A DNA stretch of 64,000 bases. Source: Guillardia theta CCMP2712. Its lineage: Eukaryota > Protista > Cryptophyta. Positions 1-11,027 of this stretch are shown here, in pieces. The translations under genes were made by a program, and so were the position numbers. The stretch is taken from positions 542,966-606,965 of the forward strand of contig NW_005434646.1 in the NCBI RefSeq assembly GCF_000315625.1. The letters run 5' to 3'. Positions within the stretch are counted from its first letter, which is position 1, and every line of letters starts with the position of its first letter. The notes beneath the pieces are model-generated. The model did no database searches. It was not told the DNA's origin and saw only the letters and a list, made by a program, of their open reading frames with translations.

Positions 1-369
1 CTCTATCTTTTCTCTACTCCTTCAATAAGTGATCAACGGTATCATCCACCCCTCGAGCTCAGCGACACTCTACACATCCACCCCTACCCTACCTCAAAAC
101 CTTCACCGTTTCCGTAGCTTGCAACCTCCCTTACGACCCCTACCACCCTACCTTACAATTAGCATACCACCCCCTTCGCAAAGATCTGATAGGCACCACC
201 CCATAAAATCGATTATCAACTGAGACAATTATGACGAGTACCCCATCTAAATCTGAACCCCACCCCCTCGTCCCTCTACCCCCACCCATCAAATCCGAAC
301 CTCCTGGCCCACTCGAGACACACAACCGCACGTGCCACCTCATCCCCGCTCACCGTGGCACCGAACTTC

Positions 370-700
370 GGAATGGCCCGGCGTCGAGCAAGGCGTCGAC
401 GGTCGCCGCACCGAGTGAGCCCGGCGGCGGCGGACTCCGCCGGCCGGACGGTGGCAGGCCGGGCCGGCCCGTGGACGGCTCCGGGCCACCCTTGCGGCGG
501 CGGGCCGGGACCGCCGCCCGGCAACCCGACACGGTTCATTTCACTGAGTATACGTACAGCGGCCGGCCACCGTCGTGGAGCAGTGCAGGCCGCTGTGATG
601 GAACAGGCTCTGTCACCGTACTGAAATGTTCATTACAACTATCCTATCCTAGCCTACGGTGCAGCCATTGCAGGTACCGTTCACTTACTGAACTACGAGT
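370..700. repeat. GC/CCGG-rich non-coding island
   Basis: Dense CCGG/GGCC/GCGG words plus recurring TCACCGT/GTACCGT/TTCACTGA words. The same vocabulary occurs at 22730-23060. Overlapping ORFs are Arg/Pro/Gly-rich in all frames with no recognisable motif. Confidence 0.5.
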
Positions 701-713
701 CATCAAGCGAAAG

Positions 714-1904
714 TCACCCCAACCGTTGAACTCTGCCACGACTAGAATGATATTGGCGTCGGGTGAGCAGGGCACAGAGTAACATCAATGCTGTTCCACC
801 TGCAACACGGTACCTCAACAATTCAGAGTTTCCTTGATGTTGTTCACCTTCCTGTTCACCTGGATTGGAAGGCTCTTCGTCAGCCTGATCATGTGGTGTA
901 AAAATCTGGTGAAGGACTGAGGTTTGCAAAACTTTTTCGGTTTCTTTGAATGTGTTCATGTTTTTGTCTGCTAACATTCGTTTGACCTGCGTTCTCATCA
1001 AAACAACACTTCTTCTGTTTTGCTGACTGATTTTCGAACGATGCAGAAATGAGTAACTCGATTTATCCTGTATGAGGAAGAACATTATGATGATAGATAT
1101 TGTAAGCAATGCCCTTGATAAAAACCTGTTCCCTCGTCTAACAATTGTGAGCAGCCCTGCACCGGGAATAACAAAGCAACAACGAATTACAGCCAGAAGT
1201 ACTGTGACAAAAAAGTTTATGCAGATTAGTGCGTACCAATTCGAAAGTAGAATCATAAAGCATGTTTTTGTCCATTCCTTCGCGATGAAGTTCAAAAAGT
1301 AGAACAGAATGGTAAATGATAAAAACATTTTTGATCGAAGCGCTCGGTACGAAAGTATCAAAAAAGCTCGTACCACACGGTTATTTACAAATGGACTCCA
1401 GATATTAGACGATGCAAATTCCGCCCAACTTTCGATATAACAGTCGATGCGTCCTTTGATCAAGTGATCTACGATTGAAGTGAAAAACGATCCACTTTTT
1501 CTCATACCAACTGTACCAGCAAGATCTGTGAAATCCAGGAGATCGCTTATTTGAATGCGAGCTCTCGTCAACTCTTCTCTCTCCACGTCATGCCATACTG
1601 CAAATGCTTCAGTTGCATCCAGCCACTTTACAACTACGAGGTCGTTAACCTGTGGAGTAAAATCCTTCAGGCAAGAAAATTTGAAATGCATCTTCTTTCG
1701 CCTGCCTAGATCAATGAAACCACATGATTTGTGAACAGATACAATCTTCCCATAAGATGTTGAAAGGTATTGATTCATTACATCATTGTACCTCGACTCT
1801 CCGATTACACCCGCAGCTCGTAACGATTGCAACCGTTCGACATCGTGGAGGCGGCGACAATCTTCCGGAGATTTACATAACCAATAAAGCCACCTTTTCG
1901 ACAT
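714..1904 (-). CDS. Hypothetical multi-pass membrane protein with N-terminal SHOCT-like helix pair and cold-shock/OB-like domain
   Basis: 421-codon open frame; first ATG at 1904 (MSKRWLYWLC). ERLQSLRAAGVIGESRYNDVM is SHOCT-like. GKIV...GFIDLGRRKKMHF...PQVNDLVVV is homologous to a segment of the neighbouring kinase. It is followed by 3-4 hydrophobic stretches. Exact start and end are uncertain. Confidence 0.7.
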   Translation of the reverse strand: MSKRWLYWLCKSPEDCRRLHDVERLQSLRAAGVIGESRYNDVMNQYLSTSYGKIVSVHKSCGFIDLGRRKKMHFKFSCLKDFTPQVNDLVVVKWLDATEAFAVWHDVEREELTRARIQISDLLDFTDLAGTVGMRKSGSFFTSIVDHLIKGRIDCYIESWAEFASSNIWSPFVNNRVVRAFLILSYRALRSKMFLSFTILFYFLNFIAKEWTKTCFMILLSNWYALICINFFVTVLLAVIRCCFVIPGAGLLTIVRRGNRFLSRALLTISIIIMFFLIQDKSSYSFLHRSKISQQNRRSVVLMRTQVKRMLADKNMNTFKETEKVLQTSVLHQIFTPHDQADEEPSNPGEQEGEQHQGNSELLRYRVAGGTALMLLCALLTRRQYHSSRGRVQRLG

Positions 1905-2318
1905 GAGATATGAAAAAATGATCAAATTATGCTCTTCATGGTGGAAATTGATCCTTGTCCAAACTTGTACACCAATCAAACAATGATATTACTGAAAGAC
2001 TTGAAATTCTGAGTTTTAATGCTCCGTGCGGGTTGGAGTCACATCCTTTGCGGCATGGCAAGAAAGATTTCGCTGTCCTGCATTTCAACACGAATCTCTC
2101 AGACCACCACCCCCGTATTGAGGGTACCACCCTCCCTTCATGCGCAACAAGACCAGATTTGCTGAGTACCCCCTGTGCCGAAGTTCTCTACCCCACCAAT
2201 CGACATGGAGTCACTGCCCTTCTCTTTCACAGCCCATCTGTTCACGGTGACCCCACCCCTGCTTGTTTGCAATTCCTAGCTCAGCGAGGATAGCAGCGGG
2301 GCACGTGAGGTGGACGAC

Positions 2319-5150
2319 ATGGCAAGGTATGTTTGACGAGATGATGGTATAGTCGCTCATTTGACAATACTTTTCCGCAGTAATCCTGCTCCAAAAGAAG
2401 GAAACTCCTTTTTCTCACGGTTCTACAACATGTATCAAGGAATGTTTTCTCCTATGGATGAAACAAGCACACAAGACACAAAAGCCCCGTCAGAGCGGGA
2501 GCAGGCTGAACAGCTTCTCAAGGAGGGAAAGATCAGCGAGAGCCTGTACAAGCAGATGATATCAGCCATAGAGACCCGCAGCAAGAGCAAGGATGCTATC
2601 TCCGAGCGGGAGCAGGCTGAACAGCTTCTCAAGGAGGGAAAGATCAGCGAGAGCCTGTACAAGCAGATGATATCAGCCATAGAGACCCGCAGCAAGAGCA
2701 AGGATGCTATCTCCGAGCGGGAGCAGGCTGAACAGCTTCTCAAGGAGGGAAAGATCAGCGAGAGCCTGTACAAGCAGATGATATCAGCCATAGAGACCCG
2801 CAGCAAGAGCAAGGATGCTATCTCCGAGCGGGAGCAGGCTGAACAGCTTCTCAAGGAGGGAAAGATCAGCGAGAGCCTGTACAAGCAGATGATATCAGCC
2901 ATAGAGACCCGCAGCAAGAGCAAGGATGCTATCTCCGAGCGGGAGCAGGCTGAACAGCTTCTCAAGGAGGGAAAGATCAGCGAGAGCCTGTACAAGCAGA
3001 TGATATCAGCCATAGAGACCCGCAGCAAGAGCAAGGATGCTATCTCCGAGCGGGAAACAAGCACAATGCCTGGAAAGATTGTAGGATTGAAAGGTAACAA
3101 AGGTCTTATTGACGTCGGCCGACGACACAAAATGACATTCACCCTTTCCAAGTGCTATGATCATCCAAAAATCAATGACCTCGTGATAGTTCATGTTCTT
3201 CGTGAAAATGACGATTATCAAGTCGTAGAGGTGTCGCGGGATGTTGCCAGGGAAGACATTCGACTTGCTGCAGATGAAATTTTTCGTCTGACTGATGGTG
3301 CAATCCAAGTCGATTACACAAGCTTGGATATGAGAAGTATGCAGAATTTATTGCATGAAGTCAAAAAAATTACTGTTGAAGAACGGAAGCGCCGTGATAC
3401 TGCTATTAGGCACAAATTGAAAGCGCTGAAATATGCACATTGTGCACAGGTGGTTTTTTTGATGGACTGTACAGGCTCCATGCAGTCGTACATCAACGCA
3501 GCCAAGGTTGGCATCAGAAAAATTCAGAGAACCATTATTGAAGCAATACCGAATGGAAACGTCAACTTCAGTTTTGTTGGTTACCGAGATTATGGCGATC
3601 CTGAGGTTATCACCCTGCCATTCACCTCTGATGCCAATCGGTTTGAGGAGCACCTTTCAACTGTTGTAGCCGATGGAGGTGCAGACCAATGCGAAGACGT
3701 TTACTCTGGACTCGTCAAAGTTTGTGATCTCACGTGGGACGGACAGATTCCATCCAAGATAATATTTCATATTGCTGATGCACCAACACATGGAACATTC
3801 TTTGCCGGAGGATACTCGTTCAGCGATAGCTATCCACATTTCGACTCTGATGGCTCAAAAACTAAGGCAGTTTTGAGGAAAATGGTTGTGGAACTTGGAT
3901 TGAATTACATTTTTTTGCGAATCAATTACTCGACAGACGAAATGATTAAAACATACAACACCCTGCTGGACACGCTGTCCATCAGTGAAGTCGACAAAAT
4001 AGAGACCCATGAACTTGAAAGAGCTGAGGATATCATTGAGATCGTCATGAAGAGTACGGTGGACTCGGTATCAAGCGCAGTGAAGGACAGTTTGACCGAA
4101 TTGGGCATGAAAGACCACCGTGCTGAATACTTTGATCGTTTGCGGAAATCAATTGAAAGTCACTACAAGCGATCCCCGGTCAAGTCGAAGGAGCGACCTG
4201 TTGTGTCATCAGTCCTGAAGCTGGAACCCTCAGTACTTGGGCGACTGGAAGGTGTTGCAGAAGAAACAGAAGAATTGAGTGATGACGAAGAAATCTCTAC
4301 TACTTTCCCTCGTGTTGGAGATCGAGTCGAATCGAATCCAAGTGCACAGTACGTGGAGGTTTTTGCGTGTGTGATGCCAAAGACTATGGACGATTTGAAA
4401 TCTACGCTTTCGCTGACAACATCCAAAGTTAGAGCATTTGAGATTGAACTCAATCCCAGCAGATTCTTTGCAAAGGGGGGTGTTCGAAGTGTCACCTTTG
4501 CTCGTGATGTTTCAGATGGCAGTGAATTGCACTTTGATGAAGAAGCTGACGGAATATTCGCAAGTCCAACAAGACAATTTGTTTTCAAAGTGCATCAGAG
4601 ATTTATTGATCCTGAAATGGATAAAATCAACACCAAAGACGATCTTCAATCAATTACCATCGCAGCATTTCTTGCCCAAGAATTCTGCAAAAATCCCTCC
4701 GTGGGAAAAAAGATCGAGTACCTCAAGTCCATGGCAGTGAAGTTCAAGAATTCTGATGGAATCATCAGACACGCAACCATCGAATCGATTCTAGAAGGTG
4801 ATTTCATCAAATGGAGCAACAATGCAGATTACATGAAAGCTGAGGAAGATAAGGACTTCTCGGCAACCTTGTCTGCATTCACTCATTGGACTTATGAGAT
4901 TACAAAGGGATATCTCATGATTGTAGATGTTCAAGGCATCAAGTCCCCATCAGGAGAAGAATTCATTCTCACAGATCCTGCGATTCATTGCAAGAATACA
5001 GATAGATTTGGAGGAACAAATCTTGGAGTTGAAGGCATGAATCTCTTCTTCTCGAAACACAAGTGCAACAGCATGTGTAGGGCGCTCAAGCTGCTTCCGC
5101 ATTCAGCCTGCCCTGGGTTTTCAGAGCATGGTACTCTTCCTGTAGTTTGA
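2319..5150 (+). CDS. vWA domain + alpha-kinase (eEF2K/MHCK family, VwkA-like architecture) with N-terminal SHOCT-like repeats and a cold-shock-like domain
   Basis: ATG at 2319 and a GT-AG intron 2327-2380 join in frame (MASNPAPK...). vWA motifs: VFLMDCTGSM, FVGYRDY, GGADQCEDV, HIADAPTHG. Alpha-kinase motifs: FAKGGVR, FIKWSNN, AFTHWTY, IVDVQG, LTDPAIH, GGTNLG, and the Zn site HKCNSMC. Confidence 0.93.
2490..3055 (+). repeat. Coding tandem repeat, 5 x 111 bp (37 aa) plus a partial copy
   Basis: Units start at 2490, 2601, 2712, 2823, 2934 and (partial) 3045. Each encodes SEREQAEQLLKEGKISESLYKQMISAIETRSKSKDAI and the copies are essentially identical. Confidence 0.98.
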
Positions 5151-6232
5151 TTTGAGCCTCTGTTTCCTGAGTTCAATTCTCAAATATACGGTTATGTCGA
5201 CATGAAGTGAAGGTATCAGTTTTTAAGCCTGGCAAGTTTGGGGGACAGCAGTCCGGCACGCTCTCTTTTCTCTTCTCGCCGTTTGGCCTGCACAGTGACA
5301 GTGTCAGGGTCAAGCCTCCTCGACTCACCCAGGCTCCTGATTGTCCTCCGGCGTACTGATTTTTAACTTAACTTTGAGTAAACGTTGCCGTCGGATCATA
5401 TGTTGCCAGTGAATGTTACTGAGTCTTTGTCCTGATCAGCCTTGTTCCCCTGCTTGTCCGATCGTGCATACTGTCGCTTGCGTGACGGTTGGAGTAGCGG
5501 TTTTCGCTGCCTCCTCCGTTTCCTAGTGTTTTGTTGAGGCGGGTTCAAGTTGTAGGCTTTATCCTCCGTCCTCGGGATTCGGGCCGTCGCCTCAAAGTTT
5601 TCCCGCCAGGGCCGCCGCTTCACTTTCGATCATGAGGGGGATGATGGGGCCGTTCTAATACGAATGGCCATCGGTCAACCAACCCCACCCTCTGATCCCA
5701 CCCCCACCCCTGACTTAAAGAACTAAAGACCGTACCCACCGTCGCACAAAGTTTTCTGTCCATACCAGGGGTACTCACATATTTCATTTTTCCTAGTGGA
5801 TAACTCGAGGAAATTATCCGGATTGCTCTATCAATCCCATTTGGCATCACCCCTACCCCTCCATGAAGTACCTTACCCCTAGTCAATCACCCTTCATTGG
5901 GGAGGACGGCAGCAATGCTGCGACGCCGCTTGGCTGCTAACTGAGGTAAGATGAAGAGAGATTCGAAGATGAATGGAGGACATGGGGAATGTAGGAGAGG
6001 AGAGAGACAGAGGAGAGATAGGAGCAGCGGAAGCCAGATACGAACGATCCTTGTGGCTCTTTGCGGTGTGTGTTCAGCATGCCAGGTTGCAAGAGTCTTT
6101 GTCTGATAGCATTTTGATGCTAGTGAAGTGTGATGAGTTGTTTGTCTGAACAAGTTAATGGTCAAACAGGTTTCTTAGTAATAAACAGGGCTGGGTTTTT
6201 CGGTTTTCAACGAGATCTGGGCAGCTCTTACC

Positions 6233-8235
6233 ATGGTGGTCAAAAAGGCAGCTGAAGATGAAGAAGCTTACATCGCGCCCCTCCCCTACTTCCCTGATCT
6301 CAAGGTCATCTCTTGTCAAATATCTTGGAGCCTTCACTGAATCCTTTCCCAGCATGCAAAGTTAGCACGGGAGAAGGATAGCAGCCCCCCGGGCATCAAT
6401 AACTACCATACCACATTTCTGCTCGTCGTCCAGATTCTTCTTTGTATTCTGTATGGACTAACAGTACAGCAAGATAAATTCCCAAAGCAGCAATTGCCCG
6501 ACCCGGGGGAACTGGAGAACCCGGACCGGATTGATCAGGTGCCTCCCTTCAAGAGGTATCCCCCTGGCTTCGACATATTTCTAGGTACCGCAAGGATGTC
6601 AGAATTCAAAGTCCAGGAGCACTACAGCAGTTTCATGCAGATTTCCATCTTTGTGTTTGTTGGGTTGCCCTGGTCTTTCTCTTTCTTGCGACGATATGCG
6701 TACAGCGCAGTTGGCTTCGGTCTGGTCTCAGCCTGCGTTGCGACTCAGATTGGAATCGTGTCGATGCAAGTGGTTGACCGCATTCACTGCAGCTACCTCA
6801 AGGATATGTTGAGGGCTCCGGACTTTAGCCTCAACAAGATCCCTTTGACGCCTTGCCCTGACTACGCCGGGCCCAACAGCGGTGGGTTGCCTTGTCGCGA
6901 CTCGTTCGTCTACACGTGCAAGTGGACGAGCCCGACGCAGAGGTGGACGGCGCCTCCTCTAGATGAGATTCAGGATGACTTTGGGGCCAGACAACTGAGA
7001 CAAGCTTGCTATTGTGATCTTTGGGACAGAATCGTCCAGAACAAAACGTTGGCAATTTTGCAGCCAAGGCTTGCGCACCAAGCTTTGTTGGTCACGGGAC
7101 ATCAAGACTTCAATAAGATCTCTTTTTCACTATCCTTCATGAACGTGATTGATGGAATTTATGCAACTGTGCCAGTCATGATCAGCTTTGGAGTGGTCCT
7201 TGGAAAGATGACCCCGATTCAACTTGTACCTTTTGGAATCCTCAATGTGGTAGCTTATGCGTTTAATCTGTGGGTCTGCACTTACGTCATCGGAGCGTGG
7301 GATCACACTGGCGGTTGTTGTGTCAATCATATCTTCGGAGCTTGCTTCGGAATCGCTGCATCTGCCATTTCTTACACGAAGGGAAGTGAAACAAGCGAGA
7401 ATTGTCGGTCACGCTATCACATGGACATTCTGTCGCTCTTTGGCACGATGCTCCTGTGGGTTACTTACCCTTCGTATAACAACTTCTATGCTCCATCCTT
7501 CGCTCAGCAGGCAGTTGCTGTAAACACTTTCCTTGCAGTCTTGGCAAGTGCAGTTGCTTCACTCCTCTACTCTGCCTTGTTCCATCCGAAATTCAAGCTC
7601 ACCATCACAGACACGCAGCGATCAGTCATTGCCGGAGGTGTCGCCATGTCCTCGAATGCCAACCTTGTCAGCGACCCTTGGGTTGCGCTTCTTATCGGAG
7701 GGCTGGGAGGCATGGCTTGCTGTTTCGGCGTTCACAGAGCGCGACGTTTCTGGCAACAGAACCTTCAAACCCACGACACGGTGAGCGACTGACGACGTGT
7801 AGAAACAAAGAGACTGAACCTATACTTGACCAGGTTGGTGTCACGAGCATGCATCTGTATCCAGGAATCATCGGCTGGCTGGCTGGAATCATTCTCTTCT
7901 CTCCTAATTGGCCGGGTTACTTGAATGCCAATGCCATTTACGGGGATCTGCAGAGCTCTAGATACAAGTATCACCTCCAGCTAGATCAGATCCTAAACCA
8001 TAACAAGGGCAACGGAGACGCCATGAGAGCACAGATCTACATCGGCCCGATGTCTGTCGCCACTGGGCTCGTCACTGGGACTCTTGCTGGACTGATCGCT
8101 ATCAAGATCAACAGGCTTGAGTTCAAGTCGATGTACCTCGACGACTACTTCTTCTCAGTCCCGGATGACTTCTACACAACCAAAGTCGAGAAGTCGGGCG
8201 AGGACAACCTTGACGACGGGACCGTGGAAGTTTAG
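6233..8235 (+). CDS. Rhesus (Rh)-type member of the Amt/Mep/Rh ammonium/gas channel family
   Basis: ATG at 6233; introns 6305-6352 and 7781-7833 (probably another near 6540-6616). Rh motifs: FSFLRRYAYSAVGF, ISFGVVLGKMTP, DHTGGCCVNHIFGACFG, SLFGTMLLWVTYPSYN, AGGVAM, HDTVGVTSMHLYPGIIG. Both pore histidines are present. Confidence 0.9.
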
Positions 8236-8397
8236 ACGTTGAATAACAGGAATGAGGCAAGTCCTCGCAGTCTGGTGCGAGGCGGAGAAACTTTTGTAGT
8301 TTAAAGATGTGAATGGGATGGCAATGATGAAACCGAGAAATCCAGTGCAAGGTGACCCACCACAGCACGCATCTTTTCGTGATCTTCAGCATCTTCA

Positions 8398-10324
8398 CTA
8401 ACTGCGTGAGGTAAGTTGAAATCTCGACTCCGCCTTGTCCACTATCAACTTTGCAATGGCGAGAGAACTGGTCGCGCCAGGGGACGGCGAGTTTCTCACG
8501 TGCAGTTGTGAAGCAGGGCAATTCTCTTCAAACACAAAGTCATCGACGAGGTTCCCAGACATGTCGAGTGCCTGAGCTCGCACCCCAGCTCGACCCCTCC
8601 TCACGTCCTCCATCTTGATGCCAGGGAGATACTTGTTGATCTCCTTCATCTGTGCTGAAAGGACGAGGCTGCGAAACATCTCTCCCATCCCGAACGACCA
8701 GTGCTTGAGAGCCACTCGCCAGAAGCCGGGAAAGCTCAGGGCCTCCATCAGGTCCTTCACCGCCACGTCTCGCCACCGGTAGCCTTCTCGCGAGAAGGCC
8801 AGGACCGCGTTGGGCCCGATGAGCACCTGGGGGCAAGCAGCATTAGAGCAAGAGGCTGAGCAGCACAAGGTACCTGGCTGGCCTGCCCAGTGGCTACAGA
8901 GCCCATGGTGGGGGTGAAGTGCACGCCGAGGAAAGGGACAGAGGGATCGGGAACTGGGTAGATGAGGCCATTGACCTGGAGAGGGGAAGATTAGCCATGA
9001 AAAGGGGAAAAGGGGAGCATACAAGGTTATGCTTCGACTCCTGGAGCTCAAGATACTCTCCTCGGAACGGAACGATCATCGGATCCAGCTTGCCCCCAGC
9101 CATCCTGCACCATCTGGTTGAGACGAGCTATGAGCCCCTCCACCCTCACCTTGCCAGCCTGTCCGAGTATGCTCCAACACCTGCTCATCGCGTCAGAGCC
9201 CCTCAAGACGAAAGCTTGCCTGACAAAAGATCGATTTCGCTGTCCGAATGGCCTCGCCGGTCTTGCTGACAAGCTCTAGGCCTTCTTCGGCGTCCTTCTG
9301 CAAGGATTTAACTTGCGCAACCTGCGTCAGGTGACTGAGGGAGGAGGTTGAAGGTTCAACGAGGCAACCAACCTCGAAGTTGAGGAGGATCTTGCCGCCA
9401 TGGGAAGAAACATCCTCTGCATAGTTGCTGAAGACGACCATCGATCAACGTCAAGGTGGAGGGACCATGTTCAGGGCTCACCGGGCGACCAGCCCCCAAT
9501 CCACAATCCCTGTATGGGGAGACAAGATGGCCCGCACACCGTTGCAGTGAGGTTCGATCTACGGGAGAACGTCAGACATCCCGAGCGAGTCACCACAGCG
9601 AGCTCCTTGCCCAACCTTTCGGATCTCTTCGGAGTCGATGAATCGCAGATCCTGAACGCCGTTCTGTCGCCCTTGCCAGCGCTCAGGTACCTTCAGTCGA
9701 CTCTGCCGCCATGTTCGCTCACCTTTTTCCATCAGACTTTCGAGGCCAGGCAGCTCTTGTTCGTTCAATGCTACTATCAACTTCCCACATTTCCGGTAAG
9801 GAATCCCCTTCTCATCGAAATACCTGCCCACCCATCCCTTCAACCTCTTCCCTTGCTGCCCACCTCCCCTCACTTGTAACTCAGGTTCAATCCCTCCACA
9901 CAGAGCTTCGCCTTGAGGGATCCTGGCTTGTAGTAGATCCCTGCATGCACCACTCCGCTGTTATGCCCTGTCTGAAGTGCGACGAGTCAGCTCCCCTGGA
10001 GCTCAAACGGTTGAGCATACCTGGTGGTATCCGACAACCGGCTCCTTCTCAAGAACAGCGACTTTCAGGGAGGGATACCTTAGCAGAACCTCTCTGGCTG
10101 TCGCAAGACCCACGATCCCTCCTCCTGCACGACAGGCAACATCACAACAGCCGTCGGAGGAAACTGAACTTCACCTACGATGGTGACGTCGAAGGACCTC
10201 TCTGTTCCCTTGCCGGAGGTTGAGAAGGACCTTGAAACGGGAATTTCAGGCCGCCATGTCAGGATAGCAAAAGAAATAACCTCCTCAACAATCTAGAACC
10301 AACCAAACGGGCAAGTGATGACAT
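8398..10324 (-). CDS. L2HGDH: L-2-hydroxyglutarate dehydrogenase, mitochondrial (multi-exon)
   Basis: Spliced N-terminus [20 protein letters not shown] (transit-peptide-like). Motifs: [88 protein letters not shown]. Confidence 0.93.
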
Positions 10325-10810
10325 CTGACTTGTAACTTCAGCCCAGAAAACAATTTTCAGTCAGTCTGGCAAAAAACTTTAGATCGACAGTCAGTCAGTC
10401 CATGTTCCGACTTGTCTTGATTCTCCTTGTCCTTTGTTTCTCTCATCTCCTTCAATATCCTTTCCTTGCCTCCTCTTTCTTCTTTCCCTTCCCTTCCTCC
10501 CTCGCTTCTGCCCGCCCCTCCTTCCTTGATTTCCCACTAGGCATTTTCGACTTTGCCTCACAGCAAGAGTCTGATTGAGGGTTGGTAGGGGGTGGGTGGG
10601 CACTAGATCAAGTCACATTGTAGCAAGGCAAAGAGGCCATGAAGGTATATTTCCTATGTATGACCATAAGTAAAATGCATATAATGACAGCCTTTGATGA
10701 CAAAGAATGGGGATCGGGACCCTGGTAACTACCCCACCTCCTGTCATCCACACGGTGGATCGGCTTACGCAATGGCCCAATGAGACGCAGATGGAGGGCG
10801 AATGGTGATG

Positions 10811-10875
10811 AGGGGAAGGGGAGGGAGGGAGGGAGGGAGGGAGGGAAGGAGGGAGGGAGGGAGGGAGGGAGGGAG
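10811..10875 (+). repeat. (GGGA)n microsatellite
   Basis: Direct read of a run of GGGA units with one GAAG variant. Confidence 0.95.
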
Positions 10876-11027
10876 ATGCGTACATACATACAATGAGGTT
10901 GGAGGTAGAATAGATAGCAATGACAAGGGTTGTTGTGTCACGCCCAACGCTCTCATGTCCAGTCCTCACTTTCCTCGCAGGGTCTGTGCATGAAAACAAG
11001 TAGCTGGGAATGATCCCTCACTTGCAG

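Noticed and set aside
29-782. Several overlapping 60-183 aa ORFs
   Set aside because: By-products of C-rich and GC-rich low-complexity sequence; no motifs.
2490-3055. Possible CRISPR-like array
   Set aside because: Contiguous identical units with no spacers, in frame within a eukaryotic gene; no cas genes.
2435-3151. 238-aa antisense ORF with Cys-containing repeats
   Set aside because: Mirror of the 111-bp coding repeat of the kinase.
5396-5623. Basic 75-aa minus-strand ORF, or an LTR starting TGTTG at 5401
   Set aside because: No second LTR copy, PBS or recognisable domain visible in the window.
5915-5944. Short ATG-initiated frame upstream of the Rh gene
   Set aside because: Stops after 9 codons; may be a uORF in a spliced 5' UTR but cannot be supported without transcript data.
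10608-10999. ORFs encoding PPSL or GGRE repeats
   Set aside because: Translations of the (GGGA)n microsatellite.
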